Shown: positions 63,301 through 64,000 of the stretch, one piece after another
Layout of the letters: each line of letters starts with the position of its first letter
How positions within the stretch are numbered: the first letter of the stretch is position 1
Assembly: GCF_009914755.1 (NCBI RefSeq)
Contig: NC_060927.1
Direction: 5' to 3' (one strand)
Length of the DNA stretch: 64,000 nt
Source: the human T2T-CHM13v2.0 reference genome, Homo sapiens
The notes under the pieces: model-generated
The model's database searches: none
What the model was told of the DNA's origin: nothing
The model's input: only the letters and a program-made list of their open reading frames with translations
Program-made: the position numbers and the translations under genes

Positions 63301-64000
63301 ATAAAATATCAAAGTACCCAACTATACATTACATACTGTACATAAAATATGAAATTACATCAAATATATATTATATTAGGAATATAAAATATGAAAGTAC
63401 ATCAAATATAGATTATATACTGTACATAAAAATCAAAGTACCCCAAATATATATTATATAGTGTACATGAAATATTAAAGTTCAGAAACTATATATTATA
63501 TACTGTACATAAAAGATGAAAGTACATAAAATATATATGTTATTCTGTACATAAAGTATCAAAGTTCGCCAGATATATATTTTATAGTGTACATAAAATA
63601 TCAAATACCGAAACTATACATTATATACTGTACATAAAATATGAAATTACATCAAATATATATTATATTAGTTACCTAAAATATGAAAGTACATCAAATA
63701 TAGATTATTAACTGTACATAAAATACCAACGTAACTCAAATATATTTTTTATACTGTACATGGAATATCAAAGTTCACAAACTATATATTATATACTGTA
63801 CGTAAAATATCAAAGAACTCAAGGTATATATTCTATACTGTACAAATAATATCAAAGTACCCAAAGCATGTATTATATACTGTACATAAAATATGAAAGT
63901 ACATCAAATATATATTTTATTCTGTACATAAGATATCAAAGTAAACCAAATATATATTCTATACTGTACATAAAATATCAAAGTACCCAAACTATACATT

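Larger units (their letters stand above)
1..64000 (+). repeat. Human satellite 1A (HSat1A / SAR) tandem array, 42-bp monomer
   Basis: Continuous 42-bp periodicity across the window, consensus about AAATAT(C/G)AAAGTAC(C/A)(C/T)(A/C)AA(A/C)TATATATTATATACTGTACATA. GTAC sites alternate at 17- and 25-bp spacing, matching the classical satellite I A (17 bp) and B (25 bp) RsaI units. GC is 81/378 (about 21%) in my consensus. The family was recognised from memory, not from a database search. Confidence 0.95.
1..64000 (+). repeat. 378-bp 9-mer higher-order repeat (M1-M9) with 373-bp variant
   Basis: Nine monomers recur in fixed order with these diagnostic cores: M1 GAAATTACATC..TTAGGTAC, M2 ATAGATT, M3 GTACCCC..CATG, M4 GTTCACAAAC, M5 CCCAAGG, M6 AAAGCATG, M7 TTTTATTCTG, M8 CACCAGAT..TAGTG, M9 CAAACTATACATT. 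M1 starts at 10424, 10802 and 11180 are 378 bp apart. M1 starts at 10051 and 10424 are 373 bp apart because M1 at 10051 lacks 5 bp. Confidence 0.97.

Noticed and set aside
1-64000. CRISPR-like array (conserved TGTACATAAAATAT(C/G)AAAGTAC alternating with a more variable segment)
   Set aside because: The variable segments are homologous to one another and cycle with period nine rather than being unique spacers. There is no leader and no cas gene.
1-64000. Programmed frameshift, phase variation or diversity-generating system suggested by overlapping ORFs at the 5-bp deletion
   Set aside because: There is no recombinase, reverse transcriptase or other enzyme gene. The overlaps follow mechanically from the deletion.
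1-64000. TATA-box-like or -10-like promoter motifs (TATAAA, TATAAT)
   Set aside because: These are expected in about 79% AT repeat sequence and occur as satellite variants with no supporting context.
1-64000. Alpha satellite with CENP-B boxes, HSat1B, HSat2/3, or Alu/L1 insertions
   Set aside because: I saw no 171-bp period, no (CATTC)n and no GC-rich or non-satellite interruption.
1-64000. Assignment to a specific chromosome
   Set aside because: HSat1A arrays occur on several chromosomes (e.g. 3, 4 and acrocentrics such as 13). Placement needs alignment of rare k-mers to a T2T assembly, which I cannot run.

Overview
The whole 64 kb is one uninterrupted, single-orientation tandem satellite array. 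It is about 79% AT by hand count of a consensus unit, and it matches human satellite 1A (HSat1A; RepeatMasker 'SAR'). The monomer is 42 bp and consists of a 17-bp part (ACATAAAATAT(C/G)AAAGT) and a 25-bp part (e.g. ACCCAAACTATATATTATATACTGT), both delimited by GTAC/RsaI sites. Nine distinguishable monomers (M1-M9) form a 378-bp higher-order repeat (HOR), with a very common 373-bp variant carrying a 5-bp deletion in M1. I see no genes, RNA genes, transposons, inversions or CRISPR array. All listed ORFs are by-products of a 42-bp (3n) repeat with one stop-free frame. I found no evidence for a new gene-encoded system. The interesting content is the array's architecture. It includes nested super-HORs and duplications (spacings 1124, 2297, 2793, 3254, 4384 and 6168/6546 bp) and whole-monomer deletion and insertion variants (4-, 6-, 7-, 8-, 11- and 12-mers). 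There is also a linked 373-bp haplotype, long-range mosaic copies up to 22.6 kb apart, and rising divergence toward the right end. Duplication boundaries were read by eye and are approximate. The chromosome of origin cannot be determined from this window.
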